From: an uncultured Spirochaetota bacterium
GTDB taxonomy: Bacteria > Spirochaetota > Spirochaetia > SZUA-6 > CAVTHK01
Length of the DNA: 64,000 nucleotides
Direction of reading: 5' to 3'
Assembly: GCA_963734495.1 (NCBI GenBank)
Contig: CAVTHK010000013.1
Coordinates: 32,001 to 96,000 of the forward strand
The translations under genes and the position numbers were made by a program. Below are positions 41,296 through 54,748 of the stretch, in pieces. Below the pieces are notes generated by a model, which did not search any database, was not told where the DNA came from, and was given only the letters and a program-made list of their open reading frames with translations. Each line of letters begins with the position of its first letter. Positions within the stretch are counted from its first letter, which is position 1.

Positions 41296-41821
41296 CTACC
41301 GCCCTGCGAACTCCTTGTACAGCATGCTCGGCTGCACGCCCTGGTTGTTCTGATACTTGCCGCTGCGGTAGGAGTCGAAGTCCCCTTCGAGAGTATGGTA
41401 GTAGATCTGGCAGATCTGGACGCCGGGGTAGATGCGGATGGGCTGGACGCAGAAGATCTCGAGGGTCCAGTAGCCGCTGAACCCGACGTCGCCGAAGCCC
41501 GCGGTGACGTGCACGAAGAGCCCGAGCCGCCCGATCGACGATCGGCCCTCGAGCATCGGCACGCAGCCCTCGGTGCGCGTGAACTCCACGGTGCGGCCGA
41601 GATAGAGCCGGCGCGGTTCGAGCACGAGGCCCTCGGCCGGGATGCCGATCTCGCTGTACCGGTTCGGCCGCGCCATGTCGAGGACCTCCTCCTCGTAGCG
41701 CAGCAAGCCGGTCGTGCAGCCGGAGGTTGTAGCTGTTGGGGTTGAGCTGACGCTCGTCGAACGGGTCGATGTGAATCTCGCGCCCGAGGCGGCGCCTGAT
41801 TTCCCTGCCCGAGAGGATCAC
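41296..41821 (-). CDS. dcd: dCTP deaminase, frameshifted near 41705
   Basis: MILSGREI...[41 protein letters not shown]. Confidence 0.92.
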
Positions 41822-41954
41822 GGCCCCTCCTCTGCGCTGCGCCGGACCGGCGGCCGTCCTGTGCCGGCGCGCGCTGCCGATCGCCCGAAACGCCGCTTGA
41901 ATCTACCAGCTTGAGCCGAGGCTCGCAACCGGCGGCGCGCGACCGCGGGCGCGC

Positions 41955-42060
41955 CCACTGCCGGGCCGCACTGCGGGCCGCACTACCAGGCCACACCGCC
42001 GGGCCGCACCGCCGGGCCGCAGCAGCACCGCCGGGCCGCCACCCCAGGCCGCTACCGCCC
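41955..42060. repeat. Degenerate ~12-13 bp tandem repeats (CCGGGCCGCAC-like)
   Basis: Several imperfect copies directly downstream of the PfpI-like gene stop. Confidence 0.6.
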
Positions 42061-42574
42061 GGCCACCTCCACGAAAGCGCGCATGTAGTCGGGCAGGTCG
42101 GGCGGCCTGCGGCTGGAGACGACGTTCCGGTCGACCACGACCGGCGGCGTCGACCCACTCGGCGCCCGCGTTGGTCATGTCGTCGCGGATGCCGGGCGTG
42201 CTGGTCACCCGCCTGCCCTTGAGGATGCCGGCGGAAGCGAGCACCCAGCCCGCGTGGCAGATCTGCCCGATCGGCTTGCCCTTGCGGTCCATTTCCCGGA
42301 CCAGGGACAGCACCTCGGGGAAACGGCGGAGCCGGTCGGGCGCCCAGCCGCCGGGCACGAGCAGCGCGTCATACGCGCTCTCCCCCGCCTCGGCAAAGGC
42401 GACGTCGGCTGTGGCCGGCAGCCCGTACTTGCCGGTGTAGACCGCGCCCCTCTTTTCGCCGACGAGCTCCACGACGGCGCCCTCCTCGCGGCACCGGATC
42501 ACGGGATACCAGAGCTCGAGGTCCTCGAACTCGTCCGCCACCAGACAGGCTATCCGCTGGCCCTTGAGACGCAT
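42052..42574 (-). CDS. PfpI/DJ-1 family protein, frameshifted
   Basis: FEDLELWYP, VPGGWAPD, QICHAGW, VSSRRPPDLPDY. Confidence 0.9.
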
Positions 42575-42720
42575 CCGCTCCTCCGCGCGCCCGAGGGGGC
42601 GCCCGAGGCGAAAGGTAACCAGAATCCGGCCGCGGAAGCCACCGGAGGTCCGCCGCCGCCGAAACGTGGCGGGACACCCCTGCCTCGCGCAACTGCGGGC
42701 GATGAGCTAAACTGCGGTCG

Positions 42721-42847
42721 GGCAGCCTGTCAGACTTCGCGGAGGCATGCAGCTGTTTTGTGCCCGGCCGCGGAGGACCGCGGCCGGTTCGGCAGCCTGT
42801 CTGACCCATGCAGCTGCCTTGTATCTGGCCGCGGAGGACCGCGGCCG
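42721..42847 (+). promoter_or_regulatory. Tandemly duplicated structured element upstream of glgP
   Basis: Copies at 42721-42786 and 42791-42847: GGCAGCCTGTC(A/T)GAC...CATGCAGCTG(TT/CC)...GGCCGCGG-AGGA-CCGCGGCC. Confidence 0.7.
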
Positions 42848-42869
42848 TTATCGAGGGAGGAGGCGCATC

Positions 42870-45382
42870 GTGCCCGTGCGAAGCTTGTTCGTGTACCCGC
42901 GTTTCCCTGCCAAGCTCTCCCGGCTGCTCGACCTCGCGTACAACCTTTGGACGTTCTGGGACAGCGAGGCGCTCAAGCTCTTCGAGCGCATCGACCCATC
43001 TGCGTTCCGCCTGGTGGGCCGCAGCCCGATCGAGTTCCTCCACTCCCTCTCGCAGGCGCGTCTGACCGAGCTCGCCAATCCGATGCCGCCTTCCTCCGCG
43101 AGCTGGAACGTGTCTGGAAGCGCCACGGCGAAGCCATGCAGCCCGCGATCGCGCCGCGGATCGCCTACTTCTCCATGGAGTTCGGGCTTCCCAAGCTCCC
43201 GATCTACGCCGGGGGGCTCGGCATGCTCGCCGGAGACCATCTCAAGGGCGCTTCGGACATGGGTCTGCCGATCATCGGGGTCGGCATCTACTACCGCTAC
43301 GGCTACTTCGTGCAGCGCGTCAACGTCGACGGGGAGCAGGAAGAGATCTTCCGGGAGATCAACCCGCACTACACGCCCATCCAGGAGTGGAAGACGCCCG
43401 GACGACCAGTCCGTGTTCGTCACCATCACCGTCGGCGGTCAGCCGATCCGCCTCAAGCTCTGGCGCGTGCAGGTCGGCCGCGTGAGCCTCCTGCTGCTCG
43501 ACGCCAACGTTCCCGAGAACCCGCCCGAGATGCGCGCCGTCACCAACTACCTCTATGACGCCGACCGCGATCGCCGCATCATGCAGGAGATCGTCCTGGG
43601 GCAGGGAGGCTTCCGGGCGCTGGAGGCGATCGGCATCCAGCCGGACGTATTCCACCTCAACGAGGGACACTCGGCGTTCCTCATCATCGAGCGGCTGCGC
43701 AAGCTCATCCGCGACCAGGGCTACGGCTTCGACGAGGCCTGCGCCATCGTCAAGTGCACGACGGTGTTCACGACGCACACGCCGGTGGAGGCGGGCAACG
43801 AGAACTTCCCCGTGGAGACGATCCGCAAGTACCTCAAGGCCGACGTCGAGGCCCTCGGAAGGAGCTTCGACTCGTTCATGGAGCAGGGCCTCCTGCACGA
43901 CCGCACGACCTTCTGGCTGCCCGCCTTCGCGATCCGCTTCGCCCGCCACATCAACGGCGTCTCACGGCTGCACGCCGGCGTGTCGCGCCAGATGTGGAAG
44001 GACCTGTTCCCCGGCCGGCGCGAGCACGAGATCCCGATCGAGGCGATCACCAACGGCGTTCACGGCTCGTGGATGGCGCCGGAGATCCACGACCTCATCC
44101 GGACCTACGTCGGCGACGACATCATGAGCATCGAGGTCGAGGAGCGGCATGCGGGAGCGCGTGCAGGAGATCCCCGACCTCGAGCTGTGGGACGCGCACA
44201 TGAAGTGCAAGCGCCGGATGATCTCCTACCTGCGCTCGATCTTCACGGAGAACTGGATCGAGCGCGGGTTCTCCCCGGCCCGCGTCCGCCGGGCCCGCGA
44301 GATGCTGAACGCCGGCTTCCTCACGATCGGATTCGCCCGCCGGTTCGCCACCTACAAGCGGGCCGACCTGATCCTGCGGGACAAGGAGCGCCTCGCGCGG
44401 ATCCTCAAGAACGAGCGCAGGCCCTGCCAGATCCTCTTCGCGGGCAAGGCTCACCCGGCGGACATCATGGCCAAGAAGATCATCACGCGACATCTTCGAC
44501 TTCGCCCGCGAGTACGATCTCGAGGACCGCATCTTCTTTATCGAGAACTACGCGCGGTCGGTGGCCGAGCACCTCGTCCAGGGGTGCGACCTGTGGCTGA
44601 ACAACCCGATCCGGCCGAACGAAGCCTCCGGGACGTCGGGGATGAAGGCCGGGCATCAACGGGGTGCTCAACCTGAGCGTGCTCGACGGCTGGTGGCCGG
44701 AGTGCTTCAACAACGCCAACGGCTGGGCCATCACGGCCGGCGACTACTACGACAACCCGGAGATGCGCGACGCGGCGGAGGCGAACCAGATCTACGACTA
44801 CCTCGAAGGCGAGGTCTCGGAGCTCTTCTACGACCGGGGCGAATCGGACGTCCCCGACGGCTGGGTGCAGCGGATGAAGGAGTCGATCTTCACGGTGGCC
44901 CGCGGCTTCAGCATCACCCGCATGCTCCGCGAGTACGACCGCCGCTTCTACTCGTTCGCCCTCGAGCAGGCGGCGCCGGCTCGGCAGCGACCACGGAGGC
45001 GCGGTCAAGCAGATCGTGGCCCGCGCCAACCGGCTCAAGGAGCACTGGGACGAGGATCCAGTTCCGCGCCGTGGAGAGCGACCTGGAGAAGCGCAAGGCC
45101 GTCTTCGCCGACGACCAGGCGGCGTTCTCCTGCTACGTCTACCTCGACGACCTGGAACCCGCGGAGCTCGACGTGGAGCTCTTCTACTGGCGGGAGCGCG
45201 ACGATCAGACCGAGACGGTCCGGCTCGCGTTCAAGGACCTTGTCGCGGAGCGGACGGCCCGCTACGAAGGCACCCTCACGCTGCGCACCCACGGCCTGCA
45301 GGAGATCGACGCGCGCGTCGTCCCGGCGGACCCGGCGATCCGGGACCTCTACCCCAACCTCGTCAAATGGGCCGCGGGCTGA
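42870..45382 (+). CDS. glgP: Alpha-glucan (glycogen/starch) phosphorylase, multiple frameshifts
   Basis: LAYNLW, AYFSMEFG, YAGGLGMLAGD, HLNEGH, TTHTP, FARRFATYKR, AGKAHP, EASGTSGMK. Confidence 0.93.
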
Positions 45383-45411
45383 GGCCGCCGTCCGCCGCCG
45401 AGCGAGTGCCG

Positions 45412-47526
<2,115 letters not shown>

Positions 47527-47651
47527 GGCGCGGATGATACCACGCCTGCGGAGCGCGACCCTGACGCCGTCCGCCCGCCCGCCCTTGACGGCCCGGCCGG
47601 GGCGGACGGATACTGGCGGGCAGTCTCGGCGGGGTCGCCCGGACGGTGAGA

Positions 47652-50600
47652 ATGGCCTGGAAACTGAACCCCGAAGCGCCTTCGAGCCTGGCCCTCTGGA
47701 GCGAGGAAGAGCCTTTCACCGACGACGAGGTCAAGGCGGAGATCGCCGCGTGCTTCGCGCAGGGCAGGGCGTTTCCGTTCTTCGTCAACCGCGCCGCCAT
47801 CGACGCGGTGCGGGCCGGCGCCGTCCGCCGCGGACCTGCGCGGCCTGCTCGCGGCCGACCGCGACCGCGTCGTCGACGAGGTGGCGAGCAGCGATCGCAC
47901 GATCCGCCAGCGCCTGCTCTCGAGCGTGCGCCTGCCCGCGCGCGATCCTCGACGCCCTCGTCTCCCTTCACCTTTCCCTCTCCGGAGATGGACCAGGAAG
48001 GGCTCCTCACGCGGCGCTTCGTCCTGATCCGCGAGCGCCCGGGAGCCCCGACGCTCTTCCATCTGTCGGCCAACTCCACTGTCCTCGCCCACGTCGGATT
48101 GGGGCCCGCCGAGCACGAGATGCCTTCCATCTACCTCGGGCTGCAGGTCTTCGACCTGCTTCTCGCTCGAGGAGCCGACGCCGAACGACGCCTGCCGCGT
48201 CGTTCCAGCACCTGCTGGCCATCGAGGAGCGCGCGATCGAGACGGGCTACGCCCACACGAGCGACCTCGACGCCCGCAGACCGCGGCGGACCTCTCCGGA
48301 CATGCTCCTGCGTCTCGAGCGGCTTGCGGGAATCCTCGAGCCCGCCCCGGTCGAGCCGGCCGCGGGCGTGCGGCCGTTCGCCGCCGCAGGACCGCAAGCG
48401 CCTGCTGGCGCAGCTCAACGCGCGCGCGCCCGACGACCGCATGCGGTTCGACCACGCCGAGGGCCTGCGCGCGATCGAGACGCTCGAGCGCATGGCCCGC
48501 CGCTTCAAGACGAGCGGCGACCGCCGCTCGCTGCGCGAGGTCGCGCGGCTGCTGGTGGCCGCGGCCGCTCACGACGTGCACGAGATCCGCAACCGCGCCA
48601 ACCTGATCCTCGACCGCATGCTCGCGCCCAAGGAGTTCGACGCGCCTCTCGCGACGGCCTTCGAGACGGTGCGGCTCGGGGCCGCCTTCCGCTTCGAGTT
48701 CGCCCTGGCGCGCGCGCGGACCGACCTGTTCGTCCGGGTCTACCGGGACAGCCGGACCTCCGAGTTCCCGATCGACGCCGAGCTCGACTACTGGGACATC
48801 CCGCTGCAGTGGACCGACGACCGCTACGCCGCTTCGTGGAGGTTCCGCGCCCTCGGGCGGCACGACTGGGTGCTCTACAAGAAGCTGGCGCGCGAGACAG
48901 TGCCGATGCAGAGCGGCCGCATCAACGTGATCGCGGACGTGCGCGGGGAGCTCGTGCTGGAGATCTTCCCGGACATCCACGGCCACACTCGCCTGTACTG
49001 GAAGGATACCGAGCACCCCGGCCTGGTCTACAACGAGGCCGGCGAGGTGATCCGGCTCGGGACCTTTGCCGACGTGCGCCGCTCACCTCGCGGACATGAA
49101 GGAGCGCTACGCATCACGGCGGTCTACCTGCTGGGCGTGCAGAAGCGCGGCTCCAACCGCGAGGACTGGGCGCCCGAGGCGCGCTCGCCCTCGCCCTTCG
49201 CCCCCGTGAGCCTGATCGAGATCGAGCCGTCGCTCGGCGGCCCGGAGGGCCTGAAGGCCCTGGTCGCGGAGGCGCACCGGCTCGAGCTCAAGGTCATCGT
49301 CGACATCGTCCCGCACCTGAACCGCCGCAGCACGGAGCTGCCCGACGACTGCGTGGTCAAGTGCCACGACGGTCGCGGCAACGTCGTCGTCCGGGCGTCG
49401 ACCGACGGCCGCTTCGGCAGCTGGAACGACGGCAAGCTGCTGAACTGGCGCAAGCTCGAGGTCTGGGAGTGGCTCGCGGGATCGATGACGCGCCTCATCG
49501 AGGAGTACGACATCGACGGCCTGCGGTTCGACTCGGCGCACGCGGTGCCGATCGTGATGAAGCGCGACAACTACCCGCTGGCGGGCGGGCGGATGCGGAG
49601 CGCGGAATCGATGGTCGAGGGCGAGATCATCGTCAACGACCGCGAGCACGATCACTTCGTCACCACCGGCTACTACGACTCGGCCTGCCGCGAGCTCATC
49701 GCCCCGCCCGTTCTACAGCTACCTCGGCGGCGCGGTCTACCGAAAGCTGCGCGAAAAGGGCAAGAGCTTCTTTGTCACGATCGCGGAATGCTACTGGGGC
49801 CGCGAGCAGTTCCTCTCCCGCACGGGGTCATGCCGTACAACTCGGCGCTGTTCAAGATCTGCGAGAACATCATCCACGGCAGCGTCCGACGTCCGCGAGA
49901 TCTACCACCTCTACGACAACTACTACCCGCGCGCGCTGCCCCGCGGCACGGAGATGGTCGGCATCCTCGGCAACCACGACGAGCGGCGGGCCGTCAACAC
50001 CTTCGGCGAGCGGGGGCTGCGCGCGGTCACGATGCTGACGCTCTTCATGAGCGACATCGTGATGGACTACGAGGGCAGCGCCGAAGGCGAGGCGTGGAAA
50101 GTCTTTGTCGACAACATCTACGTCAACTGGCACGACTTCGAGGCCGCGGCCTACCGCGGCCTGGAGGATTTCTACCGCGAGGCGTACTCGTTCCACCGCC
50201 ACAACCGCGGCCACGGGCACATGGTGTGGGCCGGCAACAACATGATGGCCGCCGCCGTCCGCTTCACGCGCGGTGCCGTGTGGCTGGGCGCCTTCAATTT
50301 CTCAGACCAGGACCAGCACGCCTCCCTGCAGTTCGACAGTCCCTCGCTGCCTCTCGACGACCGGGCCTACTACCGCCTCGTCGACCCCGTCTACTCCCCG
50401 GTGACCGGCCGCTCCGGATGGTTCACGGGGCGGGAGCTGCGGGTGTCGCGAGTCGGGCGTGAGCGTTCCGCGCACCGAGCGCTACAAGCTGCTGCGGCTC
50501 GACCGCGTGAGCCTCGACGAGCACTACTCGGATTTCCTCCGCGATTCCTTTGACCGGATGTGCCGGATCGACGGGGACACCGCGTTCGCGGCGAGCTTCG

Positions 50601-52518
50601 CCTTCGAGCAGATCGGAGCGGCCTCGGACTCGCTGGACCGCCTGACGGCGTTTCTCATCGAGCGCCTCCTGCCCGCTCTACCCCGAGAGCGAAAACGAGA
50701 CGGTCGAGCTCGGGCTCAAGCGCGGCCTCTTCCATCTCACGCGCGCGGGCGTGAGGAACGGCAGCGCCGTGCTCCAGCTCCTGCGGGGGCTCGCGGCGGC
50801 CCCCGACCCGAGGATCGCGGAGCTCGGCACGCGGCTCCTGCGGCACAACGAGAGAGGGCCTCTCGTCTTCCTGGCGGCCGAGGTCGAGCCGTTCTCCAAG
50901 AGCGGCGGCCTCGCCAACGTGGTGTCCGAGCTGCCGCGCGAGCTCGCCCGCCTGGGCGAGCAGGCCGCCGTGATCACCCCGCTCTACCGCCACGGCGACC
51001 CCAAGGCGGTCGAGAGGATGCGGCGGGCGGTGCAGCGGTACGGGATCGCCTACACCGGGACCAACGTCCGCTTCTGGATCGACGGCGTGGAGTACGAGTC
51101 GGGCGTGCACGCGGGCGACGTCGACGGCGTGCGGTTCTACATGCTCGACCACCACGAGTTCTTCGACGGCCTGTACTGGGGGATCACGGCCGAGGAAAAG
51201 CTGCGCCGGCGGGTGGCGTTCGCGCGCGCGGCCGCGGAGGTCATCCGCATCTTCGACCTGCACCCCAACTTCGTGTTCACCAACGACGCCTACACCGGCC
51301 CCTTCGACGCCATCGTCAAGGCCGACCCCTTGTACGCGGGCAACCCCGCGTTCGGGCGCATCACGCTCATCCACGTGATCCACAACGGCGGGTGGCAGTA
51401 CTTCGACGCGTTCCACCGCCATCGAAAACGGCCGCGACCTGTTCCGGCTCTTCGGCCTCGCCTGGCACGAGCTGTGGCGCTTCGTCGACCCCGCCGACGA
51501 TGCGCGCCTCTCCTGCATGGCCGCGGGCGTGCGGTCGGCAGACCGCGTGGTCACGGTCAGCCCGTCCTACGCGCGGCAGATCCAGACCGCCAGCGACGGG
51601 CTGGAGCGGATCCTCAACGGCGTGATCGGCATCAACAACGGCCTCAACAGGGATTTCCGGGAGCGCGCCGAGCGCCGCCTCGAGGAAAGCGGTTTCGTCG
51701 AGAACAACTACCCGCGCCTGCTCGAGCGGGTCGCCGCCGACGCGGCGCTCAAGGCCCGGCTGGAGAGCCGATATCCCGAGATCCTCGAAGGCCCGCGGGC
51801 AGTCGAGGAAGTGGGCGCGCGGCTGCGGCGCAGGCTGCTCGTGCGCATGCGGAACAAGCTGCTGCTCCAGGTCGAGCGCGGGCTCACCGTCGACCCGGAC
51901 GCCCTGCTGTGCTGCATGATCCACCGGATCACGGAGCAGAAGGGGTTCCAGCTCCTCCTCGACGCGTCCGAGGGGCTGTTCAAGAGGGTCGGCATCCAGG
52001 CGATCGTGGGGGGCGCGCCCGCCCACGGCGACACGAGGGGGGCGGAGATCGCGCGGGGGCTGGCGAAGCTGGCGGAGTACTACCCCACGCAGGCCTGGGT
52101 CGGCATCGGCTTTCAGGACGTGAGCGTCCCGCTCCTCGGCTGCGACGTGTTCCTCATGCCGTCGCTGCACGAGCCGGGCGGCATCTCGCAGCTCGAGGCG
52201 CTCGCCTGCGGCTGCTTCGTGGTGGCGCGCGCCACCGGCGGGCTGCGCGACACGGTGTCGAGCCTGCGGATCGTCGGGGGTCGCATCCTCGGCAGCGGGA
52301 TCCTGTTCTCCGACTACGCGGCCTGGGCGCTGTACGACGCGATGCAGCGCTGCAGCACGTTCCTGCGCAGCGTCGACGAGCAGCGGCTGGCCGCGGCGCG
52401 CGAGGCGCTGATGCAGAACGTCTACGACTGGCGCAAGCCCGCGGAGCTCTACCTCCGCGAGATCTACGGGATCAAGGAGATCGTGCGCCCCGACCTCGTC
52501 GAGACGCCCGCGTCGTGA
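47652..52518 (+). CDS. Giant fusion: unknown N-terminal region + GH13 alpha-amylase-family domain + GT5 glycogen/starch synthase (several frameshifts)
   Basis: GH13 motifs DIVPH, GLRFDSAH, AECYW, GNHDE; GT5 motifs EVEPFSKSGGL, HNGGWQ, TVSPSYA, RITEQKG, PSLHEPGGISQLEA, RATGGLRDTV; no internal start/RBS boundary seen. Confidence 0.8.
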
Positions 52519-52562
52519 AACGGGAGCGCGGCCCCGGGGCCGCGCACGGAGATGCGTCCGCG

Positions 52563-53618
52563 ATGATCGTCTTTCACTCGCCGGCTCACGCCAGGCACGC
52601 GCCGGCACACCAGTTCGAGGGCGGAGGGCACCTGATCGAGCCCTATCCGGACGTGCCGGGCCGCGTCGGCGCGATCCTCGAGGCGCTGAGCGGCACGGGA
52701 CTCGCGTCCGAGCTGCGCGAGCCGCCCCCCTGCGCGGACAGCGACCTCCTCGCGGTCCACGATCCGGGCCTGCTCGAGTTCCTGCGCGGCGCATACGCCT
52801 TCTACCTCGAAGCGACCGGCCGGATCGGCCCGGTGGTCCCCGACACGATGAACCTCGCCTCCGGCCGCCCCGGCGCGCGGCGCTCGCCCCGCTCGCGGCC
52901 CCGCTCGCTGCTGGGGCAGCTCGGCTGGTACGGGTTCGACGCGCAGACGCCGATCACCGAAGGCACCTGGGAGGCCGCGCGCGGGGCCGCCTCGTGCGCG
53001 CTCGCGGCGGCCCGCTCGGTGGCCGCGGGCGCGGCGCTCTCGTACGCGGCCTGCCGGCCCCCCGGCCATCACGCGGGACCCGACTTTTACGGAGGCTATG
53101 GCTTTCTGAACAACGCCGCGCTGGCGGCCGCGGCGTTGCGGGAGCAGGCCCTGCGCGTCGCCGTCATCGACGTGGACTACCACCACGGCAACGGCACCCA
53201 GGAGGTCTTCTACGAGGACCCGAGTGTCCTCTACGTTTCCGTGCACGCGGACCCGGACTGGGCCTACCCGTACTTCTGGGGCCGGTCGGACGAGCGGGGG
53301 GCCGGTGCCGGCGAGGGCGCCACGCGCAACATACCGCTCGCGCTCGGGACGGGCGAGCCGGACTACCTCTCCGCGCTCGACGAGGCGGTCGGCACGGTCG
53401 CCGCCTTTGGGGCCGCGGGCCTGGTCGTGTCGCTGGGCACCGACACGTTCGAGCGGGATCCGCTCGGCACGTTCGCCCTGTCCTTCGACGGCTTCGCGCG
53501 CGCGGGGGAGAAGATCAGCCGGCTGCGGCTGCCGACCGTGGTCGTCCAGGAAGGCGGCTACAGCGTCGAGGAGATCGGCCGCTGCGTGGTGCGCTTCTTC
53601 GAGGGCCTGCGGGGCTGA
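52563..53618 (+). CDS. Histone deacetylase family / acetylpolyamine amidohydrolase-like
   Basis: RPPGHHAG, GYGFLNN, DVDYHHGNGTQ, GTDTFERDP, QEGGY. Confidence 0.92.
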   Translation: MIVFHSPAHARHAPAHQFEGGGHLIEPYPDVPGRVGAILEALSGTGLASELREPPPCADSDLLAVHDPGLLEFLRGAYAFYLEATGRIGPVVPDTMNLASGRPGARRSPRSRPRSLLGQLGWYGFDAQTPITEGTWEAARGAASCALAAARSVAAGAALSYAACRPPGHHAGPDFYGGYGFLNNAALAAAALREQALRVAVIDVDYHHGNGTQEVFYEDPSVLYVSVHADPDWAYPYFWGRSDERGAGAGEGATRNIPLALGTGEPDYLSALDEAVGTVAAFGAAGLVVSLGTDTFERDPLGTFALSFDGFARAGEKISRLRLPTVVVQEGGYSVEEIGRCVVRFFEGLRG

Positions 53619-53646
53619 GCGCGCTGAGCAGGCTGAGCGCGGCGCC

Positions 53647-54555
53647 TCAGTGGCTGCCGGCGGGCTCGGCGACGCGGTGCGCGCACTGCGCCTCGACGTA
53701 GGCGACGATCCTTTCCGCCAGGTCGACGCCCGAAGTCTCCTCCACGCCCTCCAGCCCGGGCGAGCCGTTGACCTCGAGCACGAGAGGGCCGCGCCGCGAT
53801 CGCACGATGTCCACGCCCGCGCAGCGGAGCCCGAGCGCCTGGACCGCGTGGACGGCGAGGGAGCGCTCCGCTTCGGAGGAATCCACGCTCGCGCCCTTTC
53901 CGCCCCTGTGCAGATTGGAGCGGAACTCGTCGCCGACGCTCTGACGCAGCATGGTGGCCACGACCTCGTCGCCGACGACGATCATGCGCAGGTCGCTGCC
54001 CTCGGCCTCGTGTATGTACTCCTGGAGCAGCACGCTGACGTCGACGCCCCAGAACGCCTCGAGGGCGCTGCGCGCCGCGCGGAGACTGTCCGCGAGCACG
54101 ACGCCGACGCCCTGGGTCCCTTCGAGCACCTTGATCACGACCGGCGGCCCGTCGACCATCCGCACGAGATCCTCGGCGTAGCGCGGTGAATGCGCGAACG
54201 CGGTGCGCGGGACTCCCACGCCGGCCTCGGCGAGCAGCTGCGTGCAGACCAGCTTGTCGCGCGCGCGGGCGATGCCGGTCGCGCCGTTCAGGCAGAAGAC
54301 TCCGGCCATCTCGAACTGCCTCACGACGGCGCTGCCGTAGGAGTTCGTGGAGGCGGCCACTCTCGGGATCACGGCGTCGAACCCGAGCAGCTCGATGCCC
54401 CGGTAGCTGATCGTCCGCCGTTCCGCGCTGATGCCGAGGGTGCAGCGGGCCGGGTCGACCACGAGCACCTCGTGGCCGCGGCCTTCGGCGGCTTCGCGGA
54501 TTCTCCGCGTAGAGTAGATCTCCCCGCTGCGGGAGAGGAGCCCGATCCGCATCAC
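53647..54555 (-). CDS. rimK: RimK-family ATP-grasp alpha-L-glutamate ligase
   Basis: YSTRRI, AVIPRV, ARDKL, EGTQGVGV, FRSNLHRGG, EVNGSPGLEG. Confidence 0.9.
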   Translation of the reverse strand: MMRIGLLSRSGEIYSTRRIREAAEGRGHEVLVVDPARCTLGISAERRTISYRGIELLGFDAVIPRVAASTNSYGSAVVRQFEMAGVFCLNGATGIARARDKLVCTQLLAEAGVGVPRTAFAHSPRYAEDLVRMVDGPPVVIKVLEGTQGVGVVLADSLRAARSALEAFWGVDVSVLLQEYIHEAEGSDLRMIVVGDEVVATMLRQSVGDEFRSNLHRGGKGASVDSSEAERSLAVHAVQALGLRCAGVDIVRSRRGPLVLEVNGSPGLEGVEETSGVDLAERIVAYVEAQCAHRVAEPAGSH

Positions 54556-54651
54556 GCCACCTCGCCTGCGCCGCGATCGAAGTGCACGAGGCCCTCGAGC
54601 GGCGGGTCAAACAGCCGGGCGACAGTAAAGTGAAGGTGACCTGCGCGTCAA

Positions 54652-54748
54652 CCTATCCTGGCGGGCATAGCGGGCGGGAGCCCTACGGGGATAGGCGAAT
54701 GCCTATCCCGTGGCGGGCATAGCGGGCGGGAGCCCTACGGGGATAGGC
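54652..54748. repeat. Tandem duplication (52-bp period) with inverted-repeat ends overlapping the nudC stop
   Basis: Identical 38-mer TGGCGGGCATAGCGGGCGGGAGCCCTACGGGGATAGGC at 54659-54696 and 54711-54748; units flanked by CCTATCC...GGATAGG. Confidence 0.9.

Noticed and set aside
40301-41821. dCTP deaminase-esterase fusion
   Set aside because: Artefact of a frameshift in dcd, which has its own stop at 41296; the esterase has its own SD and ATG.
42600-42720. c-di-GMP-I riboswitch
   Set aside because: GAAA and GGGAC are present but the GGCAAAC and GCAAAGC core elements are missing.
50751-53618. Glycogen synthase-HDAC fusion
   Set aside because: The GT5 domain continues in another frame and stops at 52518; the deacetylase starts separately at 52563.
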